From: Podarcis tiliguerta
Taxonomy: Eukaryota
Assembly: GCA_965153285.1 (NCBI GenBank)
Contig: OZ229111.1
Length of the DNA stretch: 64,000 nt
Direction: 5' to 3' (one strand)
Of the stretch, positions 23,901 to 37,600 are shown piece after piece; positions within the stretch are counted from its first letter, which is position 1; the number at the start of each line of letters is the position of its first letter. The notes under the pieces were generated by a model. It searched no databases, was not told the DNA's origin, and was given only the letters and a program-made list of their open reading frames with translations. The position numbers were made by a program, and so were the translations under genes.

Positions 23901-26900
23901 CAATTGTCAGTAAACTAAGAAGTTAACAATGGGCTTGCTTTCTAGTTATTACAAGTGGAACGCCTCTAAAAAACTGGTTGTTATCCAGTGCTGTCTCTGC
24001 ATGAGCAAAACGGACAACCCCATGTGCAATGCAGAATAATAATAGAATAATAATTTCCAACAGAATACAGGCAACGACCAAGATACCCATGTCCAATAAA
24101 CATGTGCACATGTACACTGTGGCAATCTGGAAGTGGCTGGAAAAGGAAGCATAAGGGGCTTATGCATGCTCCGCCGTTGCGCACAATGATCCGGAATGAA
24201 AGCCTTGTGCAAATCGAGGGTTGCCTGTTTTATAAACATACCAAGGGTTAACTACGGATTAAATTACCTTTTGTAAGCTACTGATCTTTTCAGCTACTGA
24301 TCGTAAGTGCAAAACCCAGAGGGCAGAATTTACTTTGGATTCATCAGGAAAAATAAAGACCATTTCCTCTTCTTTAAAAAGGGAGTGCAGTTTTAATCCA
24401 AAGGTGGCATGTGGTGTTTCTTTGGGGGGGGGGGGGAGAAAAGAGAACCACCCTCTCCTGGCAGCCTGTCCCCATGATTAATTGCCTTGGCTGTTCAAAG
24501 CTGTGTACCTCCTTTGTAACTGGAATGCCTCCAGGTTTTGACTCTCAGACTCCTGTCCTTGTTCTGCCTCCGCTCAGTTGACTGAAGCACCATTAGTAAT
24601 CCGTATTTTCTTCATAATGCTGAGAAAGCTGGCAAACCCACCAAAACTTCTCCAGCATCACAGACTGAACACTTACACAATGATAGCCAAAAATGTCATG
24701 CGCAAGTGACACGACTGGCATCAAGAGGCAGGGAAGGGGCCACAAACCATCCCACACCCCAGTATGGGGCCTTAGAGACCTAGAGAGCTTTACTTTAGGG
24801 TCTCAGTCCACGCTTGTGTGAATATGTGCCTCAGTTCTTCAGGTGCTTAAGGCATTCTCATGCTCACTGAGAGAGAAGTTAAAGCACTGAAGGAGTAGGG
24901 ATTATTTGGAAAGCATTTACTTGTATTAATGGATGCAATACTATTATTAGTACTTCCAAAGAGCTCAAGGTGGTGCACATGGTTCCCCTCCTACCCATTT
25001 CATCCTCACAACAACCCTGTGAGGAAGGTGAGGCTAAGAGATGGTGACTGGGCCAAGGTGAGCTTCATGGCTGAGTGGAGATTTGAACCCTCGTCGCCCA
25101 GGTCATAGGCCAACACTGTAACCATTATGCCACCCTGGCATAACAGTACCACTACTAGTGCTAATAATTTGCATTTCTACAGTGCTTGAGAATGTTCAAA
25201 GCGCTTCATGTAATTACCTCAGTAATCCTTATGGCACTACACACAGATCAGGTCAGCAGCACCTGCAGATCCCAGGTGCTGGGTCAAGGCTGTAAGAATT
25301 CATATCTGAGATTTTGTTCCAAGGACTTCTTGGCTCAAATCTCACGTGCTTAACCAGGATGCTACAACAGCTCTTTCGGTGGAGGGACTGTACGGCTCGT
25401 TCAAGTTTTCTCTCAACCATGAAACTCACTATCATCTCAGCCTTACCGACCTCACAAGATTGTTGTCAAGATAAAACAGAGGAGGGAAGAATTACCTCTG
25501 CTACAGGAAGGGGAAAATGCAAATGCAATAAAATTTAATACTCCGTAAATCCTTGTGCATGCGAATATTAACATCATATGGCTCAGTTTCCCCTTGTGCT
25601 TCCATCTTTGAAGTCACCATCATCATAAATAAAGTTACGCACATTTCAAGTATTAAAAGTTGTAGTTAGTGCCAGACTAGGCCCAGGGAGAACTTGGTTA
25701 AAAACCCCCACTCAACCACAAAGTTCAATGGGTGACATTGGGCCAGTTATACCTGAAGGAGCATCTCCACCCCCGTCGTTCTGCCCGGACGCTGAGGTCC
25801 AGCGCCGAGAGCCTTCTGGCGGTTCCCTCATTGCAAGAAGCAAAGCTACAGGGAACCAGGCAGAGGGCCTTCTCGGTAGTGGCGCCCGCCCTGTGGAACG
25901 CCCTCCCATCAGATGTCAAAGAGATAAACAACTACCTGACATTCAGAAGACATCTGAAGGCAGCCCTGTTCAGGGAAGTTTAATGTGTGATATTTTAATG
26001 TATTTTTAATCTTTGTTGGAAGTCGCCCAGAGTGGCTGGGGAAACCCAGCCAGATGGGCGGGGTACAAATAAAAAAATATTATTATTATTATTACTTCTC
26101 TCTCCCAGTCTAACCAACCTCATTTCATTCTGAAATGAAATGAAATATTTCTATTGCACATGGGAAGCCAAGGTCGACACACCATTGGGTGTTTGCGGCT
26201 GAGGTAAGTTTGAATGCGAGGCATACGCTGCCGCTACCAGGTGTCCCCCTCAGGAAAGCAGAGGGGAATTTTGGTGTAAGCCACTTTGTAAACCCTTTTT
26301 GGAAGCATTATGTATATGAGATGACACCAGAGTACAGAAGCAGGGCATTCAAACAGAAGAATTCAAGGCCTTCTTCCCCTCTCTTTGCTCATGTGGCCTG
26401 TGCAGACGATTTCACAGAGACCAACTAGCAGAAGGGCATCCGTGCTGAGGAAAATTCCAGGCAGATTATTCCTAGGGGCCGTCACTAGGCGACTCCAATT
26501 TCTGTCCTCAAAAATGCTTCAAGTTCTGTAAATCACGAAACCTAATTTTCTATCGTTTCCCTGATTTGGGTCACAAGCGATGTTCAGCTCTAAGCTGGGG
26601 TGGGGTGGGGGGGAAGGTCAGGGTGGGACTCAGCTGATGGAGGGGGTAAGGCTGCGCAGAATACTGGGTTAGAAATTAGACTCCGAGCGGCTGCAGCCTT
26701 CCCACCCCCCACACATGCTATTAGCAGTCATTAAGGCTAATAGGGTGAATCTTGCACTGCAGAAGCATTTTCAGTTCTGCAGACTCAGTCCCCAAGGAAA
26801 TATAATAGCTGATGAGATAGTGGCTGGGAGCATTTTTCTAGTCTTGGAACCTAACCTCATCTCATTGCAGCAAATTTTGGTTTGGGGCGGGTGGGGAAGA

Positions 26901-29900
26901 TCTGCCATCCCCAAAAACAGTTCTATCTGCACTGTACAGATTGAAGTGGTCCCCAAAGTGGTGTGGCTTAAAATGGTATGGCTTCCGCCATACCTGGGAA
27001 CTGTAATTTGTCCATGGTGAGAGCTGAGGTAACAGCTGAAAGCTGTTAAAGGTAAAGGGACCCCGGATCATTAGGTCCAGTCGTGGCCGACTATCTTCTT
27101 GCTTTACTGGCCGAGGGAGCCGGTGTACAGCTTCCAGGTCATGTGGCCAGCATGACTAAGCCACTTCTGGCGAACCAGAGCAGCACACAGAAACACCGTT
27201 TACCTTCCCGCCAGAGCGGTATCTATTTATCTACTTGCACTTTGACATGCTTTCGAACTGCTAGGTTGGCAGGAGCAGGAACCCAGCAACGGGAGCTCAC
27301 CCCATCGCGGGGATTCGAACCACCGACCTTCTGATCGGCAGCCCTAGGCTCTGTGGTTTAACCCACAGCGCCACCCACGTCCCACTGAGAGCTATTAGGA
27401 CACCACTATTTCCCTCGCAGAGCTACAATTCCTATCGTGCTTTGACATTCAATCATCTTTCTCAGGGAACTCTGGGAACTGCAGCCATACACCAAGTAAC
27501 ATATTTGATTGGCGACACTTGCAAAGCTCTGAGAAAGCCCAACATGCAGCACTTGGGAAGCCCCGACGACCTATGCCAGCCCTGGCAATCCGCTGTTTGT
27601 TTGGCCTTGCAAAGCACAGCACCTTGGCCTGAGCAACTTGATTTCCAAACTGCACGAGCATGAAGAGGACAGGCAACTGTCAAGTCAAACTTGCCCACTA
27701 GCTTGCGTGGGAGATCAGAATCCATCCCGCTCGCCGGATCCAACTCTCCATCCCTGAACAAATAGTTACACATAGCTCTTAGGAAAGGGGGGCAGGGATG
27801 CAACACTGCACTAGCACCCCTGTTTCTTGACACTAGCTTGAAAGCCTATTAAAACTCAACACATTTGGGGCTAGAATAAGCTCTTTATCAGGGAACATTG
27901 CTCAAAAATGGAGCCTGTTTCAAAGCGTGGCTGTGTAGTTCCTGCAAAAGTCCCTGTTCTGTCAATAAATCCCTTTCTGTGCCCATGGATCATTTCCTAC
28001 TGATATGCATTGACCAGCTACTCCTGTCTTGCTGTGACTGTATCAGAGCTAGGCCCCCTAAGCCACAGTACCTCCACATCTCTCTTTAATTTCTCCATGA
28101 AATCCCTCTTGGCTTCTTCGTCAACGTACACTTTCTGGTTCATGTTTCGAAAGTCAATGTCCTTGAGGGTTGGTAGCTCCTTGCCCTAGAAAGGAATAGA
28201 AACATATTTCGAATGAAGAGGAGGCTGGGAGCTGAGTCAACAGCTGGCTGAATCTAGACTTGGAGGGCAGAACCAGAGCCAAAACAAGGAAGAAGCGCAC
28301 TGAAAGAATTTTTTTAAATTTTGCTTTCAACCTTCTTGCAAGCCCTTGCACAACATGGTTATGGGGCACCATCTAACTATTTTAAATAAATAATAAAACA
28401 TAACTAACTCCCAGTTTTCAGCAAGATCACTTTCAAGAACAACATGGACTTTTATTATGCAATAAATCTCCTGGCCAGGAGATCACTGCAGAATTACCCC
28501 CTGCCTCAAAAGGATTTTCAGGAAGCTGAATTCTGTGCCCATGGCTACATTGTTCTGCTGGGCTTCCAGCAGAATCACAGCCCACAGAAGTCCTGACTAT
28601 AATGTTAAATGCTACTTAGTTCCATAAGATGCTGCCAACCATTGGTCCACCTAAGCCTGGAATTGCCTGTGACAACTTCTTTTTAAGGTCCTTTTCCATC
28701 CCCTGCTAATGGAACCTTTTTTAAACCAGCGATACCAGGAATTCAACTTGGGATCCTCTGCATTCACATCACATGCTCCACCACTGAGTTATAGCCCCTC
28801 CCCTCTTGATCTCCATTTTTGAACCCCCTGGAATTTGATGTCAATGCAAACATTAATCCTGCAAACTTATTCCAAGGAAACAACTCGCCAGTAATACCCC
28901 TTTGCTCATATTTTAAGCCTCCATAGTCTCCACTTCTTCTAGTTTAGTCAAGGTCTGTTTATTCTTCCTAGCACATGCAGATACCAGGAGTGCAATGTAA
29001 ATGCATATATGCCCTTGCCTAATTTTTTAAAGAGATAAATATGCTCTCAGGTCATGCCTCTATCTTCCTTTGCAAAGACGAAGGTCTATCATCATCTTGA
29101 GGTTTAAGCCAGCAAGCCAAAAATCACTTCGCAACACATCAAAACAGAGGGAGAGCCACCACCTTTCACCAGAAAGCCATAATCTCAAATTACCTTCTCT
29201 TTATCACTAGCTTCACGGGACACCAGGGAGCCCTGGGAAAAAAAGCAGAAACACAAACATTAAGAGCATGGATCATAAACACAAATGGACATGGCCTTCA
29301 GGGCAAGTCTGAAATCAATGGGTGTTGTGCTAAGGAGATTGTTCCATCAGGGCTCGACAAGACAATCTTCCCTCTCTTCACTCCATGTGCTGTTTTGGGG
29401 GTTCCCCCCGACCCCCCAAGGCAGATGAGGGAGGCACAAGGGGCACATAGGAAGAGGCGTGTGGGGAAAGCCCCGCTGTGCCAGCACTGGCTTCTGCTAC
29501 CAGGACCCGTTGGTTGAATCCAGCCCACAGCGTTCGAATAAACATCAGTTAAACAAGCTGGAAACCAAAAGATCAATGTTCTATTTTTCATAGTGTGTGT
29601 ATTTTAAGCAACTGACTTTGATATTTTATTTTTATATTGTTGTGATACACCCTGGCTCCTCATGGCAAAGGGTGGGTAAGAAATCCAAGTAATAGTAACA
29701 GTAAAAGCAGTGTTTTTATACATTATGATGTTGTCCTGCCTTGACCAGATGTGAGATAAAAACAATATTGTTCAAACTGTTCCTCTGTGAAACTGAGTTT
29801 CACAGAGATACCTGCCATAATTCTGTCCCCAGGGGCTATTACAATGGGCAAGATAAGACCTACGGACACTGTCCTCCACCATCTGCCGACCACAAAGGCA

Positions 29901-31589
29901 CCAGTTCAGATGCAAGAAATCTGTGTCTCCATCAGGATAGGCAGAGGGCACAGTCAGGAATCAAAAGGCTGCAACATAAACAGCGGCGATGGCACTCTGC
30001 ATAACACCCTTCACCGTGCAAATTACAGACTATTCATTTTAACCATATAAGGCAAGCAATTATATTCTCTCCCACTTCATAGGAGGAGGGCAAGAGGCTG
30101 AGGAAGCATGACTTGCCAAGGCTACCCAGAGAGTTTTTGATGTAGCCAAAATATGAACCTAGGTAGGTCTCACCTGCTGCAAAAGCTCTGCTTGGGCAGT
30201 AAAGTAGCTGAGTTGTTGCTGCTGCTGTTTGTTTGTTTGTTTGTTTTTAAATAAGACTTCAGATGCTAGGATGGAAACCTTTCTTGGCATTTTTCAAAAC
30301 GCAAAAATTATACCACAAGGGTGTTGTTTCAGGCTTAAGGATGCAATGGTACTTGCAGCCTGATGCAAGTACAGAATGGAGGTATCAGCAGGTCTGGGGG
30401 AACCCCAAAGGCTTGCACAAGAACTATTAAAACACACACACACACAAAAAAAAAAACCATGGGGGGAGCAAAACAACACAGTGAGGTCCAATCATGCTCA
30501 GTGGCCACAGAACGCTGACTGGCTGCTTGCGGGCAGGGACTGGGAGGGGGAAACAACATGAGAGGGAGAATAGAATACGAGTTGTCCTGCAGGCACCGAA
30601 CAGAAACACTCCACACTGCAGCATTCCACTGCAGGCCACAGCATCTGTCTTCTCAACCAGGGCTACACTGCTGCTATGTTCTGTGCAGCACCTAGCACAT
30701 TGCTGGCCCTAAAAGTGGAGCTGACAAACAGCAGAGCCTGGGCATCAGAAGGGGAAGCAACTCAGTGGGTTAAATCCGGTATTTTGCCCTGAAAGGAGAG
30801 ATCCTATTTTGAAAACCTCACAGGCAATGCCTATTTTGTAATCCTAGACCGACTGCACTGGCTGCCGATTCGCTTCCAGGCCCAATTCAAAGTGCTGGTT
30901 TTGACCTAGAAAGCCCAGGACCACAATACCTCAAGGGCCGCCTCATATGAACCGACCTCTGAGGCCCTTCTTTGTGTGCCTCCTCCACATGAGGCCCAGA
31001 GGTAGCAACAAGAGAACAGGCATTTTCTGCAGTGGGTCCCCACTTGTGGACTGAGCTCCCTAGGAAGATTCGCCTGGCACCTTCATTGTATATCTTTAGG
31101 CACCAGGCAAAAATATACCTCTTTTTCCAGGTCTTTGACTAATTAAACAATATATGGCCTTTTAAACTGTGTGGGTGGGTGGGTGTATTGTTTGTTTTTG
31201 TTACCATGTTATGTATTTTCATGTTTTTATATTGTATATTGCCCTGCAGTCCTCAGACGAAGAGCTGTATAGAAACTTAATAAGTAAATAATCAGCCATC
31301 CAGGTTGATTAACAACATATCCAAGTTACTCCAACTGCATTCCTTTATAATAAGCACCTCAGCTGTGGCCCTCCAGCAAAAGCTGCTTTTATACTGTGGC
31401 CCTCATTGCAGTTCAACCCTCCAGCCGCATCTTCTAAAATGTTCGTAACTGCAAACAAGGGCCTAGTTAACTCCACTATAAAAGATCTATGTAACCTTGC
31501 TCTGGGTCAGTTTGATGATGTGCAGCCAGGCTGAAGGAAGATAGGGGCAGACATGATTCATCTCATTCTCCTAGCTTGGTTTTCCAACA

Positions 31590-31655
<66 letters not shown>

Positions 31656-34600
31656 CTGAGTTTGATACTGTCCATGTACTGAACAAATACCCTGAGGGGG
31701 CCATTTCATTGCAATATCAGAACATTTAATCAGCACAGCAAGCCACATGTTGCTTAATAGGAATTGGAAGAGGGAGCAGAGCGTGAAGCACAGAGCTATC
31801 AGAGAAGGTCTGTACCACAACCTATTTTAACTGTCCGCCTAATGCTGGGCAATGCCTCTGCCAGGCAAGGACACGAGGAGGGCTGTGGAATGAGAATGTG
31901 CTCAGCAGGCTGGCAGGAGCCTTCAGATTGTCAAGGAAGGAGGAATAGATCCTCTCTTACGCGCTGCCTTCAAATCAGAAGCGGATGCCCTTCTTGGGAG
32001 ATGCAACTCAGCCAAATATGTTTTAATTGGCTTGATCAAGATGGTTGGTGGAAGCCCAAAAGGGAACTTCCTGACCGGAGCAAACCAAAATTTATCTGAC
32101 CTTAGAAGTGATACGTCATCAAACTAAGAGGGAAGCAAAGGATTCCTGCCTTGGAGATGGAGCTATTTATCAGTGTGAAGGGTGCTTTGCAGAGCAGCAT
32201 AAGCAAAAGACAGTCCTTTGCTCCAAGCAGCTTATGATCTATATTTAGGCACCCTGGTTGGGTGGGGAGGGAGGGAAAAGGAGATACGAGGAACAAATAG
32301 AAGCAAAAGCTTTTGAACACACATAGGCTTCATTTCAGGTGGGAATGAGGACTAAGGATGTCCAGAAGAGGAGAGTTTGGAACTGGGGTTGCAAGCCAAA
32401 GAGGGGAGGCTTTTGTAGTAAGGGGAGTGCAAGTTGTCAGGAAAGCCTCAGGCAGCTCAAGACAGGAGAGATGAAGGAACAAGCTATTTATTCAGTCATT
32501 CAACATTTGTAAATACTGCTTTTTTCTCTGTTTTGTTGGCAAGCCGCTAGCCTGCGGAAGTCACATTGTTGCCCTTAGAGTACAGTTCAGCAGAACCTCA
32601 GCCTCCCTCTGCACCAGGGTTAATGGCTATTGAAGCCATGGCCCTGTCAAGTGAAGATGCTTCACTGGCCAGAGCCAGAGCTAGTCACCCGGACAAAGCT
32701 GTGCCTCTGTTTAAGTCTAGGTTTGAAGGTTGCTGAAGCAATATTTGAAGGAGGTTTAACAAAGTGAAGGACGTCGTCCTCTTTCTATGCTCCTCCCAAA
32801 GGAAACACGCAGATGGGGACAGATATACCCCTGCTTTAAGTCATTTACATTCTGTCTTCTCTTGTATATTATTTTTGTTGGGTCTCTGGACCATAATAAA
32901 GATTGTTGTTGTTGTATATTATTTGCTACAAAGCTTGATGATTAAGCTCTTCAGCAATGAAACATAGGATTACTGGAACAACGTCTGAGCTCTGAACCAT
33001 TGGTATATTACAAGTGGACTCTTAGTACTATGTTTGCTATTCTTTAAGATAAAACCTATTTGGGAAAGAAACTACTTTTGCCATTTTTATGGACTTTCAT
33101 TGTTTGTTTACAGATATTGTGTCGATGGCAGTAGTCATTGTATCACCACCCTGTTCACTGTTTTATTGAAGCAATATTTGAGTTTGCTCATATGCCTCTC
33201 AGGCTTGAGCTTCAGGCCCAACTATGCAGGGTGCTACCCAGTTTATTTGACTTTGCCTTCCAGGAACTTGATTTTTGCTTTGCTTGAATTCTGCCTTACC
33301 AGAATCTGAACTTGTGCTTGATTTTGTCTTGCTCCCTTTGGAGCAGTGGTGGGAAACCTTTTTGGCTCCATGGGCCAGACCCGTATCAGGATCTGCTTCA
33401 CGGGTCAAATCTTGACAGGTAAATGGGGGTGCCCACCTGTCAAAATCCCTTTTGCGCTGCTCTTAAAAGGGAAGTGGGAGGAGACTTAAAAGAAGGGGAC
33501 TCTTTTGCCAAGTCTCCTCCTCCTCCTTCCCTTTTAAATCCCCAGATCTTGCTCCACTCAAATCTTGCTGCCTAGCCTGCTGAGAACAGGATTGTGCAGC
33601 CAATACAGATTGAAACCTTGTTCTCCCACCCATCACTTGATGGGTGCATGTGGTTTGGGGAGGGGGAATGGCTTGGCAGGCAAAGGCTGGCTCATGGGTC
33701 AGAGGTTCCCCACTCTTGCCTTGGAGGAAGCCAAACTTTTGCCTACAGTACACATGAACCCATCAGGCTGCAATTACATCCAGCCAAAAACTCTGCCTGG
33801 AACTAACGGCATCTCAACTTAATAAGCAGAGAGAGGATCACCTGAATTGAGCCAATTTCTCATGTCTTACAAGCAGATGTCTGTCTCATTCCTGCTACCA
33901 GAGATAATTAAAAGAGATGGAGGGCTGAAGAAGGGAGCTTGTGGGTGCAAATTGCACACCCTGCCTCTGAACAATGGCCTCTGTGGCTGCCACTTCACAC
34001 AGCAGGTGGGAATGGTGCAAATCACAGTCACAGGACCCAGCCTATTTCAGTGACTCTGTTTCATTTTTAAACTGTTTCGAACACTTAAAAGTTCAGATGA
34101 CTGAATTTTAGATTCTGGGACCTGATGCTGAAAAGTGTGTGCGAAATCTTTTTATAAACAGTTCCACGCATGCTCATATGTTTTCACAACTATGTAGTGA
34201 CTATCATGTCTACTTTACAGATGGAGAACAGAGGCGCAGAATTCTTTGCAAACAAGGCTTTTCAGAATTCTTTTGCAAACAAGGCTTTTCAGGAGAAAAC
34301 CTGGATGCCGCAACTCAGCACTGTGTTTTCCAGCTTCCTGCCTGATGACGTATTTCCTTTATATCTCCTGCGCTGGCTCTGTACTCTCAGGGCAAAGTGA
34401 GGATGATCTGAAATTCAGTAATGTCATGGAAGGCATACAGTGCCAGAAAGCTAGATAAGAACTTTATGGCCTTTTAAAAAGAAGAACAGAAGACACACAG
34501 GCAATTACTGACTCCACCTAGATACAACTACACCCAGTGCCACCTGGTGACTAAAGCGTATAATGACACCATCTACTCAAGCATCTTCTGAAAGCCAGGC

Positions 34601-37600
34601 GTGCCAAGGTGGGGGGAGACTGCAAACTTTTGAATAAATATGGGCCAATAATAAGAAACTGGTGACATAATTCCATGACAACCTTTGCCTCTGGTGTAAA
34701 AACCCAGCATTGCTCTGTCTGACATATTAGCATTTTAGACACAGCATTATGCAACTACCACGCATTACATATTGCAACTTCCACAGCTAATTGGTAAAGC
34801 TCTGGAGATTTCCGGAGCAAACATCATGCACATACATGGGCAAATGAGGGAGAAAAAGATGGACAAACAGGACCAAAGACTTGGGACTCAGCTACATTGG
34901 CAAAGAAAAATCACTTTATATGTGTTGTTTATGCATTCTAACACTGTGACACCAGATGGCGCTGTGGAGTTCCGTTTTTGCTAACCTGATTTCTCATACA
35001 AAGTTTGCAACGCGTTTAACTGAAATGCTTCTTTGATGTGTCTAGATTCAGCCTTGGCGCACACTTCCCGCCAGCCCTCCACTACCCGTTACCTTCAGAT
35101 CGTACTTCCTGTGCACGGTGAGCCTGTGGCTGAACATGTTCCTCATGACCAGCATGTAGCTCTCCTCGTTGTCCACACTGAGCCGGTACATACCCAGGAA
35201 CTGAGGCAGCAGGGTGCTCCCATGACACTTCACAATGTACTGCAAGAAGGAAACAAGATGTTCAGGAAGTACCATTTGCTAAGTCTAGTGAGCCCAGAAC
35301 AAAGATCACCAAAAGCTTAGACAAGACTTATGCACAGTAGGAGGACGACTTCAGGAAGGCAAATCCAAAAATGGAATTGTATTCTTCTCTGTTGGAGTCC
35401 CAGTCCCCAAACCACAATTCTCCTGCATTTTGGCTTGTTGGGGCTTTCGTCGGTCAGGGTGCAACAGACTCAGCTAGCTATCCTTTGCCAATGAGGACTA
35501 TTCCTCAGCACTTGGCTTGCTATCCCGTTCTTTGGGTCCTACTCCCTCTTCATTAACCTCCATCCTCTCTTGATCACAAGACCACTGTCTTTTTTTGAGC
35601 ACCAAGTACTGTATTTTTCACTCTATGGGACACACTTTCCCCCCTCCCAAAATGAAGGGGAAATGTGTGTGCGTCCTATGGAGCGAATGCAGGCTTCAGG
35701 AAGCTATCCGCAAGCCTTGGGAGCTCGGCGGGAGTGCCCGCTGGGATAGCAGCCTGCATCCCGAAGCCTGGGGTGCACTGCAGCGCTTCTCCCCACCGCC
35801 AGCCCCACAAGCTCGGCGTTCACCTGAAGCCTCCAGAGCCCAGCGGAGCGTCGCCTTCCCGCTGTTCCCCGACCTGGTCTTTGGGGCTGGAGGTGGGAGA
35901 AAGCAGCACTCCCCCCCCCCCCGCCAGCCCCGGTCAAAGACCAGGTCAAAAGGAACCCAAAGCCTCCAGAGCCCAGCGGGAACTCCTGCTGGGCTCCGGA
36001 GGCTTCGGGTGAACGCACCTTGAACACACAGAACGCACCTTGACTTAGAGGGGGAGAACAAGAAATTCCCCCCCCCCCCCCCGTTCTCCCCCTCCTATGG
36101 TCCGGTGCGTCCAATAGAGCGAAAAATACAGTATATCCAGCCTAGATTTAAAAGGCACTCTAGATCTTCCATCACAGCGGCTCAAGGGGGACTAATACCC
36201 ACCCATCCACTCACACAGAGGCAGACAGTGAAAATCCAGTCAGTTTTCCTAGTGCATCATCTGTAATTAATCTCTGGCCTTGCTAATACAGACATTGCCA
36301 TGCTTTTCTTTACTTCTCCACTCTGCCTTATGAGTCCTGCGCATGCTGGTGAGCACTAGAGACATATATAAAAAGTCAGCAATATTTTGATTTTCTTTTT
36401 TTAAAGGAGAGCAGCCATTGTTTTCTTCACCCCGGAACACATCAACCTGCAATCTGTTTTGCATCATAACCTAACCTAAGGAAGCTGGTGTGAAGTTACA
36501 GGGAACCAGGCAGAGGGCCTTCTCGGTAGTGGTGCCATCCCTGTGGAACACCCTCCTATCAGATGTCAAGGAGATAAAGAACTACACAACTTTTAGAATA
36601 CATTTGAAGGCAGCACTGTATCGAGAAGTTTTAACGTTTGACATTTTATTATGTTTTTATATGTGCTAGAGGCTGCCCAGATGAGCTGGGAAAACAAAGC
36701 CAGATGGGCGGGGTATAAATAATAAAATTATTATTATTACAATTCATCCTAAAGCTATTATAAAGTACAAACTAGGGCTTTTCATCATGGCCAGCAATAT
36801 TCTTCACCACATTTTTTTATAAATGCTTAACATGTAATCTGAAAAAGAGTCGTGGTGGACTCAAAGGTTTACTCACTACTTTACGAATTTTACTTTGTTA
36901 TGTTAAAGGTACTGCAATAATGTTGCTGTTTGGATTTTTTCATCCTAGTGGACCAACATGGCTGTCTATATGGAATGCTTCCATACCAATACTGATGAAC
37001 AGGTCTCATTGTATTCCTTCCACCTATTATTAGTTGGCCCAAATGAAGAATTTGGCAGCCTGAGGATAGGGCCTATTTTGTGTTTTGAACTTCAGTACAG
37101 TGCCCACATCTGTGAGGTGCTTCACAAACAACACTGGTGTTGTTCTTAGCTAGCAGGGCACTCGGCATTCCTTAAATGTTAGCTTTCAGTATTTTTCCAT
37201 TTGAAAATTGCTCCTAAGGCTATGGAGAGAAGCTTGACAGCATGGCAGCAATGCCTGCTCAGATCTCAGAAGTAGGTGAGGAACGGAGAACAACCTCCAG
37301 TGGTCAGGGGGCAGGAGCCACGCAGAACCCTGAAGCCCTTTTCCCTGTCCGTGGCTAGCAGAAAGAACTGTGCAAACTTGCTTAGTTTTGCTCTTCAGTG
37401 CACTAAGATTTTATATTTACTGCTATTTAATATATTCTCGTGGAGGTTAGTTTGGAGGTTTGGATCCCAAGTTAATTTTAAAAAGTTCACAGGAAGACAG
37501 ACCATTTCCTGTCCCCGCCTCCCGTCGTGCAGCTACCTGCACACCAATAAGTCACTCTGGAGGATCAATGGGCCCCACTGAACAGATGTGGGGTGAGGCA